From Clostridia bacterium (GTDB lineage: Bacteria; Bacillota; Clostridia; Christensenellales; CAG-138), in contig JAEDIC010000001.1 of assembly GCA_016292635.1 (NCBI GenBank), positions 3,275 through 67,274 of the forward strand: 64,000 nt of DNA, written 5' to 3'. Made by a program: the position numbers and the translations under genes. The notes beneath the pieces were generated by a model. That model had not been told where the DNA came from. It worked only from the letters and a program-made list of their open reading frames with translations, and searched no databases. Shown piece after piece: positions 17,672 to 26,752 of this stretch (the first letter of the stretch is position 1; the number at the start of each line of letters is the position of its first letter).

Positions 17672-19465
17672 ATGAGACTGCTGAAATCCCACGAGCTTCG
17701 CAAGCTTTACCTTGACTTTTTCCGGGAAAAGGGCCATGCCATCATCCCCTCCGCCTCCCTGATACCCGAAAACGACCCCACTGTGCTGTTCACCACCGCC
17801 GGTATGCATCCCCTGGTACCCTACCTTATGGGTGAAAAGCATCCTGAGGGCGTGCGCCTTGCGGACGTTCAGAAGTGCATCCGCACAGGCGATATAGACG
17901 AAGTGGGCGATTCTTCCCACTGCACCTTCTTTGAAATGCTGGGCAACTGGTCCCTGGGCGATTATTTCAAGAAGGAATCCATCGCCTTCTCCTGGGAATT
18001 TCTTACCGATGAAAAGTGGCTTGGCATTGACAAGGACAAGCTGTATTTCACCTGCTTCGCCGGCGACGCCGACGCCCCCCGCGATACCTATTCCCACGAC
18101 CGCTGGGTAGAGATGGGCGTTGACCCCAGCCACATATTCTATCTTGACAAAAAGCACAACTGGTGGGGCCCTGCCGGTATCACCGGTCCCTGCGGCCCGG
18201 ACACCGAGATATTCTACGACACCGGCAAGCCCAAGTGCTGCGATGGCTGCGACCCCTCCTGCTCCTGCGGCAAGTATCTGGAGATATGGAACAACGTATT
18301 CATGGAATACAATAAAAAAGCGGACGGCACATTTGAGCCTCTGACCCAGCAAAACGTTGACACCGGCATGGGCCTTGACCGCACCATCGCCACCCTGCAG
18401 GGCGTTGAAAGCGTATACGACACCGACGCATTCACCGGCATAATCGCCGCCATAGAGCAGCTTTCCGGCAAGTCCTTCAAAGCGGACGCGGAAACCACCC
18501 GCGCCTTCCGCATAGTGGCAGACCACATCCGCTGCTCCACCTTCATCCTCGGAGACCACCGGGGCGTTACCCCCTCCAACGTGGACCAGGGCTACATCCT
18601 CCGCCGCCTTATCCGCCGTGCCATCCGCTTCGCAATGCAGCTTGGCATGCCCGAGGACAGCCTCCGCACCGTAGCCGAGGCGGTTATCGCCCAATACGGC
18701 GATGTATACCCCGAGCTCATCGAAAACCGGGAAAAGATCACCTCCGAGCTTTCCAAGGAGGAATCCCGCTTCCAGAAGGCTCTGCGCAACGGCACCAAGG
18801 AATTTGAGCGCATAAAGAACACCTTCCCCGATGGTCGCATAGACGGCGAGACCGCCTTCCACCTTTACGATACCTTCGGCTTCCCCATCGAATTTACCTG
18901 TGAGCTTGCGGGCGAAAACGGCCTTACCGTTGACATGGATGGCTTCAACGCCGCTTTCGAGGCACATCAGAAAAAGTCCCAGGCAGGCGCAGAGCAGCGC
19001 TTCAAGGGCGGCCTTGCGGATACCAGCGTTGAGACCGCGCGGCTCCACACCGCCACCCACCTGCTGCAGGCGGCCCTGCGCAAGGTGCTGAACGACGACA
19101 AGATATCCCAGCGCGGCTCCAACATCACCGCCGAGCGTCTCCGCTTTGACTTCAGCTTTGAGCGCAAGATGACCAAAGAAGAGCTCAGCGCCGTTGAAGC
19201 CCTGGTGAACCAGTGGATACAGGCCAAGGCTCCCATCTCCTGCGAGGAGATGACCGTTGACCAAGCCCGTGAGCAGGGCGCCGTAGGCCTCTTTGGCGAT
19301 AAGTACGGCGAGCGTGTAAAGGTTTATACCATGGGCGAATTCTCCAAGGAGATCTGCGGCGGTCCCCATGCGGAAAACACCGGCGATCTTGGCACCTTCA
19401 AAATAAAGAAGGAAGAAGCCTCCAGCGCGGGCGTGCGCCGCATAAAGGCCGTGTTGGAATACTAA
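17672..19465 (+). CDS. alaS: alanine--tRNA ligase, compact form lacking the C-Ala domain
   Basis: 597 aa. Class II AlaRS catalytic motifs are present (FTTAGMHPLVPY, FFEMLGNWSLGDYFK, GPCGPDTEIFYD, VDTGMGLDRT). Editing-domain motifs are also present (HTATHLLQAAL, CGGPHAENTGD). The ORF ends right after the editing domain. Confidence 0.88.
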   Translation: MRLLKSHELRKLYLDFFREKGHAIIPSASLIPENDPTVLFTTAGMHPLVPYLMGEKHPEGVRLADVQKCIRTGDIDEVGDSSHCTFFEMLGNWSLGDYFKKESIAFSWEFLTDEKWLGIDKDKLYFTCFAGDADAPRDTYSHDRWVEMGVDPSHIFYLDKKHNWWGPAGITGPCGPDTEIFYDTGKPKCCDGCDPSCSCGKYLEIWNNVFMEYNKKADGTFEPLTQQNVDTGMGLDRTIATLQGVESVYDTDAFTGIIAAIEQLSGKSFKADAETTRAFRIVADHIRCSTFILGDHRGVTPSNVDQGYILRRLIRRAIRFAMQLGMPEDSLRTVAEAVIAQYGDVYPELIENREKITSELSKEESRFQKALRNGTKEFERIKNTFPDGRIDGETAFHLYDTFGFPIEFTCELAGENGLTVDMDGFNAAFEAHQKKSQAGAEQRFKGGLADTSVETARLHTATHLLQAALRKVLNDDKISQRGSNITAERLRFDFSFERKMTKEELSAVEALVNQWIQAKAPISCEEMTVDQAREQGAVGLFGDKYGERVKVYTMGEFSKEICGGPHAENTGDLGTFKIKKEEASSAGVRRIKAVLEY

Positions 19466-19905
19466 GATATGATTCCTCCGGGAGGCCCTGCCCCCTGCGC
19501 CCCAGCTTCCCTTCCTAAGAAAGGAAGCGAAGGATGCCATGATATAGAATATTTCCGCCCGATACGGTATCTTTCCGCCAACGGCGCGGAAAGATACTCA
19601 ACAGGATAACCTTACTTTCAAATTTGCCCGGCCTCCCCGGGCAAATTTAGAATAGAGGAAAGCGCAGGGCGTCATTGCGTTTACAAGTATACGGGATTTT
19701 ACCCGTTCCCGCCTTCTTCGTCAGGCGGAGGTACATTAAAAGGGTGGTGCGTGGGGCAGTAAGCTAAAAAAGCCTCGCCAACAGCCAACGCGCCTGAGCC
19801 CGCTTATACCAACAGCGTTTTTACCCTCATCTTTTCTTTTGCTTCTTTTTTCTTTTCAATGCGAAAAGAAAAAAAGAAGATAACTACCCAAGCGAGGTGC
19901 ACATT

Positions 19906-20643
19906 ATGCCCGATTGGTTCACCTATGAATGGCACATGGAGGGAGACCCGGCGAATTTTGCCGTGGATACCTCCTATCTCTCAAAGGCGCCCCATCCCAA
20001 CAAGCCGGTGCTGATGCACATCCGCTGCGAAATGCAGGATCAGGGAGAGCTCAGCGCCCGGGGCCGGCGGCACATTGACCGCGTCGAGAAGAAATGCATA
20101 AAGGAGCTTAAAGCCCTGTACGTTGGCTATATTCAGGACGCCAGCCGCCGTGTCATGTTCTTTTATACAGACCGACCGGAGCGCAGCCGCGCCCTTGAGG
20201 AAATAGCGGACAAGGAAAGGTTCCTTTACTGCGCCGTGGGCTGCACGGATGACCCGGAATGGAACACCTACCTGGGCCTGCTGTATCCCGATGCGGCAAA
20301 ATTCCAAACCGAATCCAACCGCGAGAACATAGAGCTTTACCGCAGAAAAGGCGACTGCGTTACCGCCGCAAGGCGCATAACCTTCCATATGTATTTCCCC
20401 CTGGAAAATCACGTTGTCCAGTTTGCGGAGGAGGCCCGCCTTGCAGGCTTTGCCATAGGGGATGTGGAATTTTCCCCTGAGCTGGATGAGCCCTACGGCA
20501 TAGCTTTGCACCGGATAGGCACGCTGGAAAAGCCCTGCCTTGACGCATACACCACCGACGCCATATACCTTGCGGAAAAGTATCTTGGCAAGCTGCTGTA
20601 CTGGAACTGCCCTATGATACCCAAGAACAGCCCGCTGAGGTAA
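19906..20643 (+). CDS. two-domain protein, DUF695-like N-terminus plus RraB-like C-terminus
   Basis: ATG at 19906, with GCGAGG 8 nt upstream. The track starts at GTG 19897. Domain calls are from recollection of family patterns (the C-terminal GKLLYWNCP resembles the RraB-family end). Confidence 0.55.
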   Translation: MPDWFTYEWHMEGDPANFAVDTSYLSKAPHPNKPVLMHIRCEMQDQGELSARGRRHIDRVEKKCIKELKALYVGYIQDASRRVMFFYTDRPERSRALEEIADKERFLYCAVGCTDDPEWNTYLGLLYPDAAKFQTESNRENIELYRRKGDCVTAARRITFHMYFPLENHVVQFAEEARLAGFAIGDVEFSPELDEPYGIALHRIGTLEKPCLDAYTTDAIYLAEKYLGKLLYWNCPMIPKNSPLR

Positions 20644-20659
20644 AATGAATAAAAAGCAA

Positions 20660-20690
20660 GCGCCAGCGGCATGAGCCTCTGGCGCATTTT
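20660..20690. terminator. intrinsic terminator between the 19906..20643 gene and degV
   Basis: GCGCCAG-(11 nt)-CTGGCGC followed by ATTTTT. Confidence 0.65.
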
Positions 20691-20723
20691 TCGCATTTTA
20701 TTTTATATGCGGTTTTGCCGGCC

Positions 20724-21572
20724 TTACTTCCTCAGGAACAGAACGCCAAGGGTATTTCTGCCGCAGTGTGAGGATACGGTGCAGCCCGCCCGGGTGATTA
20801 TCACCTCTTCAAAGGGCAGCGCTTCCCTTACCTGGCTGGCGCACTGTTCCACTATCTCCTCATCGCAGCCCGCATGGGTGACGAACGCGCGTTCAAGGCT
20901 GATATCCTCGCCATCCTCCAGCTGGTCTGCGATATATTTCTTCAATACGGCGGCAAACCTGCCCCGGTATTTCCTGTCAACTCCCATTTTGCCCTCCTTA
21001 ACGGCTATGCAGGGCTTTATCTGCACAAGGTTCGCTCCGAGGGCGGCAAGGGCGGAGCAGCGCCCTCCCTTATAGAGAAAGGTAAGGTCATCCACCACGA
21101 AGGATGCGCTTACTTTTTCCCTAAGGGCGGTACATTCCCTTGCGATGTCCTCTGGACGCATCCCCCTGTCCCGCATATCGCAGGCGGACAGCAGGAGAAG
21201 GCCGCCGCCGGAGGACAGGTTTGCGGTATCCACAACGTACACGTTTTCGAATTCCTTTGCCGCAAGGCAGGCGTTGCCGTATGTGGAGGACATTGCCGAG
21301 CTTATGGTGAAAAACACAACGGCGCTGCCGTCGGCAGTGTGCTCCTTGAAGAACTCGTAAAAGTCCGCCGTATTTATTGCGGAAGTCTTGGGCAGCTCGC
21401 CGGTCTCCTCATAGAGCTTATATATCATGTCCGGATGGATGTCCACCCCGTCCGCATACAGCCTGTCCCCAAGGTTTATGCCAAGGGGAAGCACCTTTAC
21501 CCCATGGCGGGCGATAAGCTCAGGGCCTATGTCCGTGGTACTGTCGCTGGCAATTATCACTTTATTCATCAT
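20724..21572 (-). CDS. degV: DegV family fatty-acid-binding protein
   Basis: Start is MMNKVIIASDSTTDI at 21572, after CCGGAGAATTTTT. DegV-like throughout (SAINTADFYEFF, SSAMSSTYGNA). Confidence 0.9.
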   Translation of the reverse strand: MMNKVIIASDSTTDIGPELIARHGVKVLPLGINLGDRLYADGVDIHPDMIYKLYEETGELPKTSAINTADFYEFFKEHTADGSAVVFFTISSAMSSTYGNACLAAKEFENVYVVDTANLSSGGGLLLLSACDMRDRGMRPEDIARECTALREKVSASFVVDDLTFLYKGGRCSALAALGANLVQIKPCIAVKEGKMGVDRKYRGRFAAVLKKYIADQLEDGEDISLERAFVTHAGCDEEIVEQCASQVREALPFEEVIITRAGCTVSSHCGRNTLGVLFLRK

Positions 21573-21795
21573 AAAAATTCTCCGGAAAACCGTCCTGGCG
21601 GTTTTAATCAAATTTTAATCTTTGGTTATTATATTAAAATTTGCCATTCAGGTCAAAGGTTATAGGCCAAAAAAATGTGAAAGATGTATGAACTCGAGGC
21701 TTTCCGGCAAAATGCGGCAGGTTGGTACGGTTTTGCGCCGCCGGGAAGTATACGCGGCTCGCGGCGACGAGGGGGGCGAATTTTAACAACTCCTC

Positions 21796-21825
21796 ACAAA
21801 AAGAGACGCACGATGGCGTCTCTTT
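21796..21825 (-). terminator. intrinsic terminator after the xpaC-like gene
   Basis: Minus strand reads AAGAGACGC-catcgt-GCGTCTCTT followed by TTTGTG. Confidence 0.6.
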
Positions 21826-21839
21826 ATGCCCGCTTTAAA

Positions 21840-22499
21840 CTACAGGGTAAGGTTTATGGGAGCCGGCTGGCCGAAGTCATCATCCGCAAGAAGTCCGTCC
21901 CTCTTGCAGGCCAGAGTCAGGGCATCCATCTCCACGGTAAGGTCCAGTATGTCGTCGTCAAATAGGTTGGCATACTGCTTATCCATGGCAGTCTTGATAT
22001 CCCTTAGGCAGGATACGGCGTTGGCGGGCATATCCTTCATGGGCACGCCGCTCTTTTCCACCCGAACGAACTTGGTGAGTATATTTCCCATGGTGGGCAG
22101 GTAATAGTTGAAAAACTGGCGCACAGCCGGGATATTTTCCGGCTGCTCCTTAAGGGTGGTGAGTATAAGGTCAACGGAGGAGCATATCTCATTGCTTACG
22201 GCCCGCACCTCTTCATCCCCAATGCTCATTGCCATGCTGCGCAGCTTAACGAGATGGGAACGTCCCTTGGAAAGTATGGCGTCCCGTTCCCGCCTGGCAA
22301 CGTTTGCCGGGTCGTTGGATTTATTTATGGCCCGAATTATGAAGAAAGCGATAACCACCGCTATCAACGCTACACCTATTGCCGCCACGGTCAGTACAAC
22401 CTTCAGCACGCCCGGGAAAAAGCTTCTGCCAATAAAGAACGCCGCGGCGCACAGCAGCAGGCCGCCTATCCATGTGAATCGCGAACGGTTGTTCATCAT
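21840..22499 (-). CDS. XpaC-like (5-bromo-4-chloroindolyl phosphate hydrolysis) membrane protein
   Basis: 219 aa with two N-terminal TM helices and a helical C-terminus. It is paired with a TelA-like gene, as xpaC-yaaN is in Bacillus. Confidence 0.7.
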   Translation of the reverse strand: MMNNRSRFTWIGGLLLCAAAFFIGRSFFPGVLKVVLTVAAIGVALIAVVIAFFIIRAINKSNDPANVARRERDAILSKGRSHLVKLRSMAMSIGDEEVRAVSNEICSSVDLILTTLKEQPENIPAVRQFFNYYLPTMGNILTKFVRVEKSGVPMKDMPANAVSCLRDIKTAMDKQYANLFDDDILDLTVEMDALTLACKRDGLLADDDFGQPAPINLTL

Positions 22500-22538
22500 A
22501 ATGCTCCTTCCTTAAAACCAAGTATGCGACGGGCAATA

Positions 22539-23684
22539 TTAACCCCGGATATCCAGCAGCTTTGCCTTCAGCTCGTTCTCTATGCGGCCTATCTCCACTT
22601 CGGCAGTCCTGCGCTTCGCCCGGCCTTCCTCCTGAATGCGAAGAACTTCATCAAGGGTGGATATAAGCTGCTCGTTGGTGTATTTTACGGTCTCGATATC
22701 CACTATGCTCTTTTCGCTCTCGGCGGCTATCTCGATTGTGCCCTGCTTCAGCGCCTCGGCGTTTTCCTTGAGCAGCTCGTTTGTAAGCTCGTTTACCGCC
22801 TGCTGGGCCTCCATGGCCTGCTTGGAGTTTGCCATGCCGAGGGCAAGCACCATCTGGTTTTTCCAGAGGGGTATGGTGTTATTTATGGTAGACTGTATCT
22901 TTTCCGCCATCAGGGTGTTGCTGTTCTGGATGAGGCGTATCTGGGGCGCCATCTGTATGCTTACGGTGCGGGTAAGCTCAAGGTCGTGGAGCTTCTTTTC
23001 GAATCGTTCGCACATTGCGGCAAAGTCGTTTGCGGCCTGCGCGTCATGGGCCTCACCGGATGCCTTTGCCGCCGCCTCCATCTCGGGCAGGGTGGTGGAG
23101 CGTTCCTTCTCAAGCTTTTTCTTGCCCGCCATTATGTACATGGTAAGCTCCTTGAAGTAGCCAAGGTTCACCTCGTACATCTTATCCAGCATTACGATAT
23201 CCTTGAGGAGCTGATTCTGATGTCCCTCAAGCATTTCGGTGATCTTGTCAACATTCACCTCCGCCTTATCAAAGCGGGCCTTAAGACGGGTCACTTCATT
23301 GCCCGCCTTTTTGATGAAGCTGAACAGTCCCCTCTTTTCCTCATCCACAGAGAAGCCCTTAAGCTCCGTCATAAGATTGGCTATCATATCTCCCGCCGCC
23401 CCAAGGTCCTTTGTGCGGACCCCTTCAAGGGCGCTGTCGGAAAATCCGGCGATCTTTTTCTGGCAGGCAGAGCCATACTGCAGCACTATGCCGGAATCCT
23501 TAAGGTCTATCTTCTCGGAAAAATCATCCACCGCCTTAAGCTCCGCCTCGGTAAGTCCTGCCTGATCAGCATATACATCCACAGCCGCCTCCACAGGGGG
23601 CAGCAGGTCTATTCCGGATTCGGTTTCCACGGTCATGGTGGTATCCCCCAGTTCAAGCTGAATCATTTCGGTGTTTTCCGACAT
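22539..23684 (-). CDS. telA: TelA/YaaN-like toxic anion resistance protein
   Basis: Start is MSENTEMIQ at 23684, after AGGAGGACTTTTTACC. 381 aa, all-helical TelA-like sequence. The 464-aa ORF in the track is over-extended. Confidence 0.88.
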   Translation of the reverse strand: MSENTEMIQLELGDTTMTVETESGIDLLPPVEAAVDVYADQAGLTEAELKAVDDFSEKIDLKDSGIVLQYGSACQKKIAGFSDSALEGVRTKDLGAAGDMIANLMTELKGFSVDEEKRGLFSFIKKAGNEVTRLKARFDKAEVNVDKITEMLEGHQNQLLKDIVMLDKMYEVNLGYFKELTMYIMAGKKKLEKERSTTLPEMEAAAKASGEAHDAQAANDFAAMCERFEKKLHDLELTRTVSIQMAPQIRLIQNSNTLMAEKIQSTINNTIPLWKNQMVLALGMANSKQAMEAQQAVNELTNELLKENAEALKQGTIEIAAESEKSIVDIETVKYTNEQLISTLDEVLRIQEEGRAKRRTAEVEIGRIENELKAKLLDIRG

Positions 23685-23928
23685 GGTAAAAAGTCCTCCT
23701 CGTATTATTTCTTTTATGAACGGGCGCCGCCCGCATCTTTCTAATATGTTATTGTAACAGAATATGCACCCGGCGTAAATAAACAATGCGGCCTGCCCCT
23801 CATAGCGGACGGCCTCTGCGCCGACGCGCCGCCCGATGGCAGGCGGATGAAGATAAGGATAGTGTGGGAGTAAGCCTTTTATTCCATTGCTGACAGCCCT
23901 AACTCCAGTGTATCCTGTGGGGCAAATC

Positions 23929-23956
23929 CGCAAAACCCTTGCTTCGCAAGGGTTTC
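23929..23956 (-). terminator. intrinsic terminator after nudC
   Basis: AAACCCTTGC-ttc-GCAAGGGTTT hairpin with a short U-rich tail on the minus strand. Confidence 0.55.
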
Positions 23957-23960
23957 TTTG

Positions 23961-24833
23961 CTATCTGGGCTCTTTCCCCTCTGCGAAAATCCGCATCATT
24001 TCCCTCGTCAGGCTTATGCCGTCATCCTCTGCGGGAAGCGCCTCCCTGTGGTACCAGCCCGCCATGGAAAGCTCGTTTTCATCAAGGCGTATAGCGTCCT
24101 CCCCATCAAGGTCGCAGAAATATCCCAGGGAAAGATTGCCCGCAACGCCCCAGGGCTGACTCTTATAGTAGCGGATGTTCTTCACCCTGAGGCCCACTTC
24201 CTCCATTACCTCACGGGCCACAGCCTCCTCGGCGGTTTCGCCTATCTCGATAAAGCCGGCAAGGAGAGCATAGCGCTTGTAGTTTCTGTTGGCATATTGG
24301 CTAATAAGCAGCCTGTCCCCGTCCGTAAGGCCGATTATGACGGCAGGGGCTATCTTTGGAAAAATCATATTGCCGCAGGCGGGGCAGCGCATCATGCGCT
24401 CCTTATCGTCGTGAACCGTTGGCGCGGCGCAGCAGCCGCAAAAACGGTTTGCCCTGTACCAGCAGTATATATGCCACGCCGTCATGCAGGCGAAGCATAC
24501 GTCCTTTGAGCGAAGGTCGCGAAGGGTGGCGGCGGCCTCATAGGCGAAACCGTCCCGCGCCTCTCCCGCCTCCCCCATCCAAAGAAAATAATCCCTATTC
24601 TGCATGGTTAAGGCGAACCTTGTGGGCTCCTCGAACCATTTGCTCCAGTACGCGCCCCATGCTGAAACTTCCTTCCAGGTGGGAAGGATGAGTATGCCGT
24701 CCTCATCCCGCCGGAGCAGTATATCCCTGTCCCTTACGCATACCACCAGGTCCTCGTCCTTTGGCGAGGCATTGCGGTATTGGTTATCCAGGCTGCCGTA
24801 AGATATATCCTGAAGCATATTAAAGCTCCCCAT
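23961..24833 (-). CDS. nudC: NAD(+) diphosphatase (NADH pyrophosphatase) NudC
   Basis: 290 aa. Zinc ribbon (CGCCAAPTVHDDKERMMRCPACGN) precedes the Nudix box GFIEIGETAEEAVAREVMEEVG and SQPWG. Confidence 0.85.
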   Translation of the reverse strand: MGSFNMLQDISYGSLDNQYRNASPKDEDLVVCVRDRDILLRRDEDGILILPTWKEVSAWGAYWSKWFEEPTRFALTMQNRDYFLWMGEAGEARDGFAYEAAATLRDLRSKDVCFACMTAWHIYCWYRANRFCGCCAAPTVHDDKERMMRCPACGNMIFPKIAPAVIIGLTDGDRLLISQYANRNYKRYALLAGFIEIGETAEEAVAREVMEEVGLRVKNIRYYKSQPWGVAGNLSLGYFCDLDGEDAIRLDENELSMAGWYHREALPAEDDGISLTREMMRIFAEGKEPR

Positions 24834-24863
24834 AAAAAATATTTGCTTTGGCGCATATGCGGT

Positions 24864-25340
24864 TTACCCGTCCTGCCCTTCCGCCGCCTTTTGGGCCTCA
24901 GCCAGCATATAGCGCACCTCCTCGGGAGCGCACCTGTAATCCCCCTCCCCATTGCGGCGGTATGAGCCGGTGATGGGGTCCTCCCCTATGTATACCGGTC
25001 TGTCTTTCTTTTTTGCCCGGGGCACGGTTATCATTATTATGCGGCATCCGTCCACAGTGCAGATATCTACGTTTTCTTCCTTTAATATATTTACGCTGGT
25101 ACGCCTGGGATCGTTGACTATGGCCCAGAATTCCCCAATAAGGCCTTCCGGGTCCGGCAGGTCTACGGGGTGCAGGGATTTATCCTCACGCTCCTCCACG
25201 CCAAGAAGTATCACGCCGCCCAGCGCGTTTGCAAAGGCGGAGTAGGTTTCCCACAGACTTTCCGGCAGGCCGCCCAGCGCCTTCTTGGCCTCAAGGCGGT
25301 TGTTTTCCCGGTATTCATTCAGCCTGGAAAGGTCTATCAT
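24864..25340 (-). CDS. stand-alone AlbA_2 (Schlafen-type) putative DNA-binding domain protein
   Basis: Start is MIDLSRLNEY at 25340, after AAGGAGGCAGGT. ENNRLEAKKALGGLP, GGVILLGVEE and PVYIG patterns match the N-terminal AlbA_2 domain. The usual C-terminal ATPase-like/HTH part is absent. Confidence 0.6.
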   Translation of the reverse strand: MIDLSRLNEYRENNRLEAKKALGGLPESLWETYSAFANALGGVILLGVEEREDKSLHPVDLPDPEGLIGEFWAIVNDPRRTSVNILKEENVDICTVDGCRIIMITVPRAKKKDRPVYIGEDPITGSYRRNGEGDYRCAPEEVRYMLAEAQKAAEGQDG

Positions 25341-25524
25341 ACCTGCCTCCTTTTGTAATCCTATCAATTAAACTGTAACACAGAGGGAATGGTACGTCAA
25401 ACGGCGGCTGCGCTGTTTTCTTTCTTATTCATATAAGCTTACGGCCCATTATACTTGCCCCTCATAAGGTATATTTGGTAAAATTAAAATACGTATACAT
25501 CATTTTCTGCTTTGGAGATAACAT

Positions 25525-26748
25525 ATGCTCAATGTATTGACGCCGGATGAGACCCTGAAGCTTATACAGCGGGAGTTTTCACATATCGCCCCCATACGGG
25601 AGACCGTGGAGCTTTCACGGGCCGTGGGCCGTGTGCTTTATGAGGACGTGGAAGCCACGGAATACGTGCCGGGATTTGACCGCTCCACCGTGGACGGCTA
25701 CGCGGTAAGGGCGGCGGATACCTTCGGCTGCAGCGACGCGGTTCCCGCCATACTGGAAATCGCCGGCAAGGTGCTCATGGGGGAAGCTGCGGATATTACC
25801 ATCCGGGAGGGCCAATGCTGCGCCGTGCCCACCGGCGGCGCTCTTCCCATGGGCGCGGACAGCGTGGTAATGATAGAATACGCCGAGGACTACGGAGACG
25901 GCACGGTAGGCATAGGCAAGGCCGCAGCCCCGGGACAAAATGTGATATTCAAAGGGGATGACGTTTTCCCCGGCAAAACGGTGCTGAAAAAGGGCCGCCG
26001 CCTGTCCTCTCAGGATATAGGCGCCCTTGCCGCCATAGGCAAAGCCCGGGTATCCGTGGCGAAAAAGCCTCGCATAGCCATAATCTCCACCGGTGACGAG
26101 CTGGTGTCTCCCGCCGAGATCCCCGGCGCAGGGCAGGTTCGGGATGTAAACGGGGCGATGCTCTACGCAATGCTCACATCCTTTGGCGCTGAACCTGTGG
26201 AGCTTGGCATAATAAAGGACGATGAGGATGAACTTAGGCGGGCGGTTTCCCGGGCTGCGGAAAGCTGCGACGGCGTGCTGCTTTCCGGGGGCAGCAGCGT
26301 TGGGGAAAGAGACGCCGCAGCAAAGGTGATAGGCGGCCTTGGCGAGCTGCTGCTCCATGGCATAGCCATGAAGCCCGGCAAGCCCACCATAATGGGCCGG
26401 GTTTTCGGCAAGCCGGTAATAGGCCTTCCGGGACATCCCGTGGCGGTGTATTTTGTATCCCGCGTGGTGGTGCTGCCGCTGCTGGGCTTCTTTACGGGGC
26501 TTGATATGCCCCGCTATACCGTAGCGGCGGAGCTTGGCGAAAGCGTAAGCGCAAACCACGGCAGGGCGCAGTATCACTGCGTGCGGCTTGCAAAGGAACA
26601 GGATAAGCTTATCGCCCATCCCATACGCAGCAAATCCGGCCTTATCACCACTCTTGCAGGAGCGGACGGATATTTCTCTATACCCAGAGATTGTGAAGGG
26701 CTGCAAAAGGGTGCGATAATACAAGTAACTCTATGGGGAGAGGAATAA
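25525..26748 (+). CDS. moeA: molybdopterin molybdenum/tungsten transferase MoeA
   Basis: 407 aa. MoeA pattern (FDRSTVDGYAV, ISTGDELV, SGGSSVGERD, MKPGKP). Confidence 0.9.
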   Translation: MLNVLTPDETLKLIQREFSHIAPIRETVELSRAVGRVLYEDVEATEYVPGFDRSTVDGYAVRAADTFGCSDAVPAILEIAGKVLMGEAADITIREGQCCAVPTGGALPMGADSVVMIEYAEDYGDGTVGIGKAAAPGQNVIFKGDDVFPGKTVLKKGRRLSSQDIGALAAIGKARVSVAKKPRIAIISTGDELVSPAEIPGAGQVRDVNGAMLYAMLTSFGAEPVELGIIKDDEDELRRAVSRAAESCDGVLLSGGSSVGERDAAAKVIGGLGELLLHGIAMKPGKPTIMGRVFGKPVIGLPGHPVAVYFVSRVVVLPLLGFFTGLDMPRYTVAAELGESVSANHGRAQYHCVRLAKEQDKLIAHPIRSKSGLITTLAGADGYFSIPRDCEGLQKGAIIQVTLWGEE

Positions 26749-26752
26749 ACTT

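Noticed and set aside
19640-19830. RNase P RNA-like fragments (AGAGGAAAGCGCAGGGC, AAAGGGTGGTGCG, GCCCGCTTATACC).
   Set aside because: The universally conserved GAGGAAAGUCC P4 strand is not matched (AGCGC instead of AGUCC). The partner ACAGAA strand is missing, and the region is too short and lacks the overall architecture. I judged it chance similarity.
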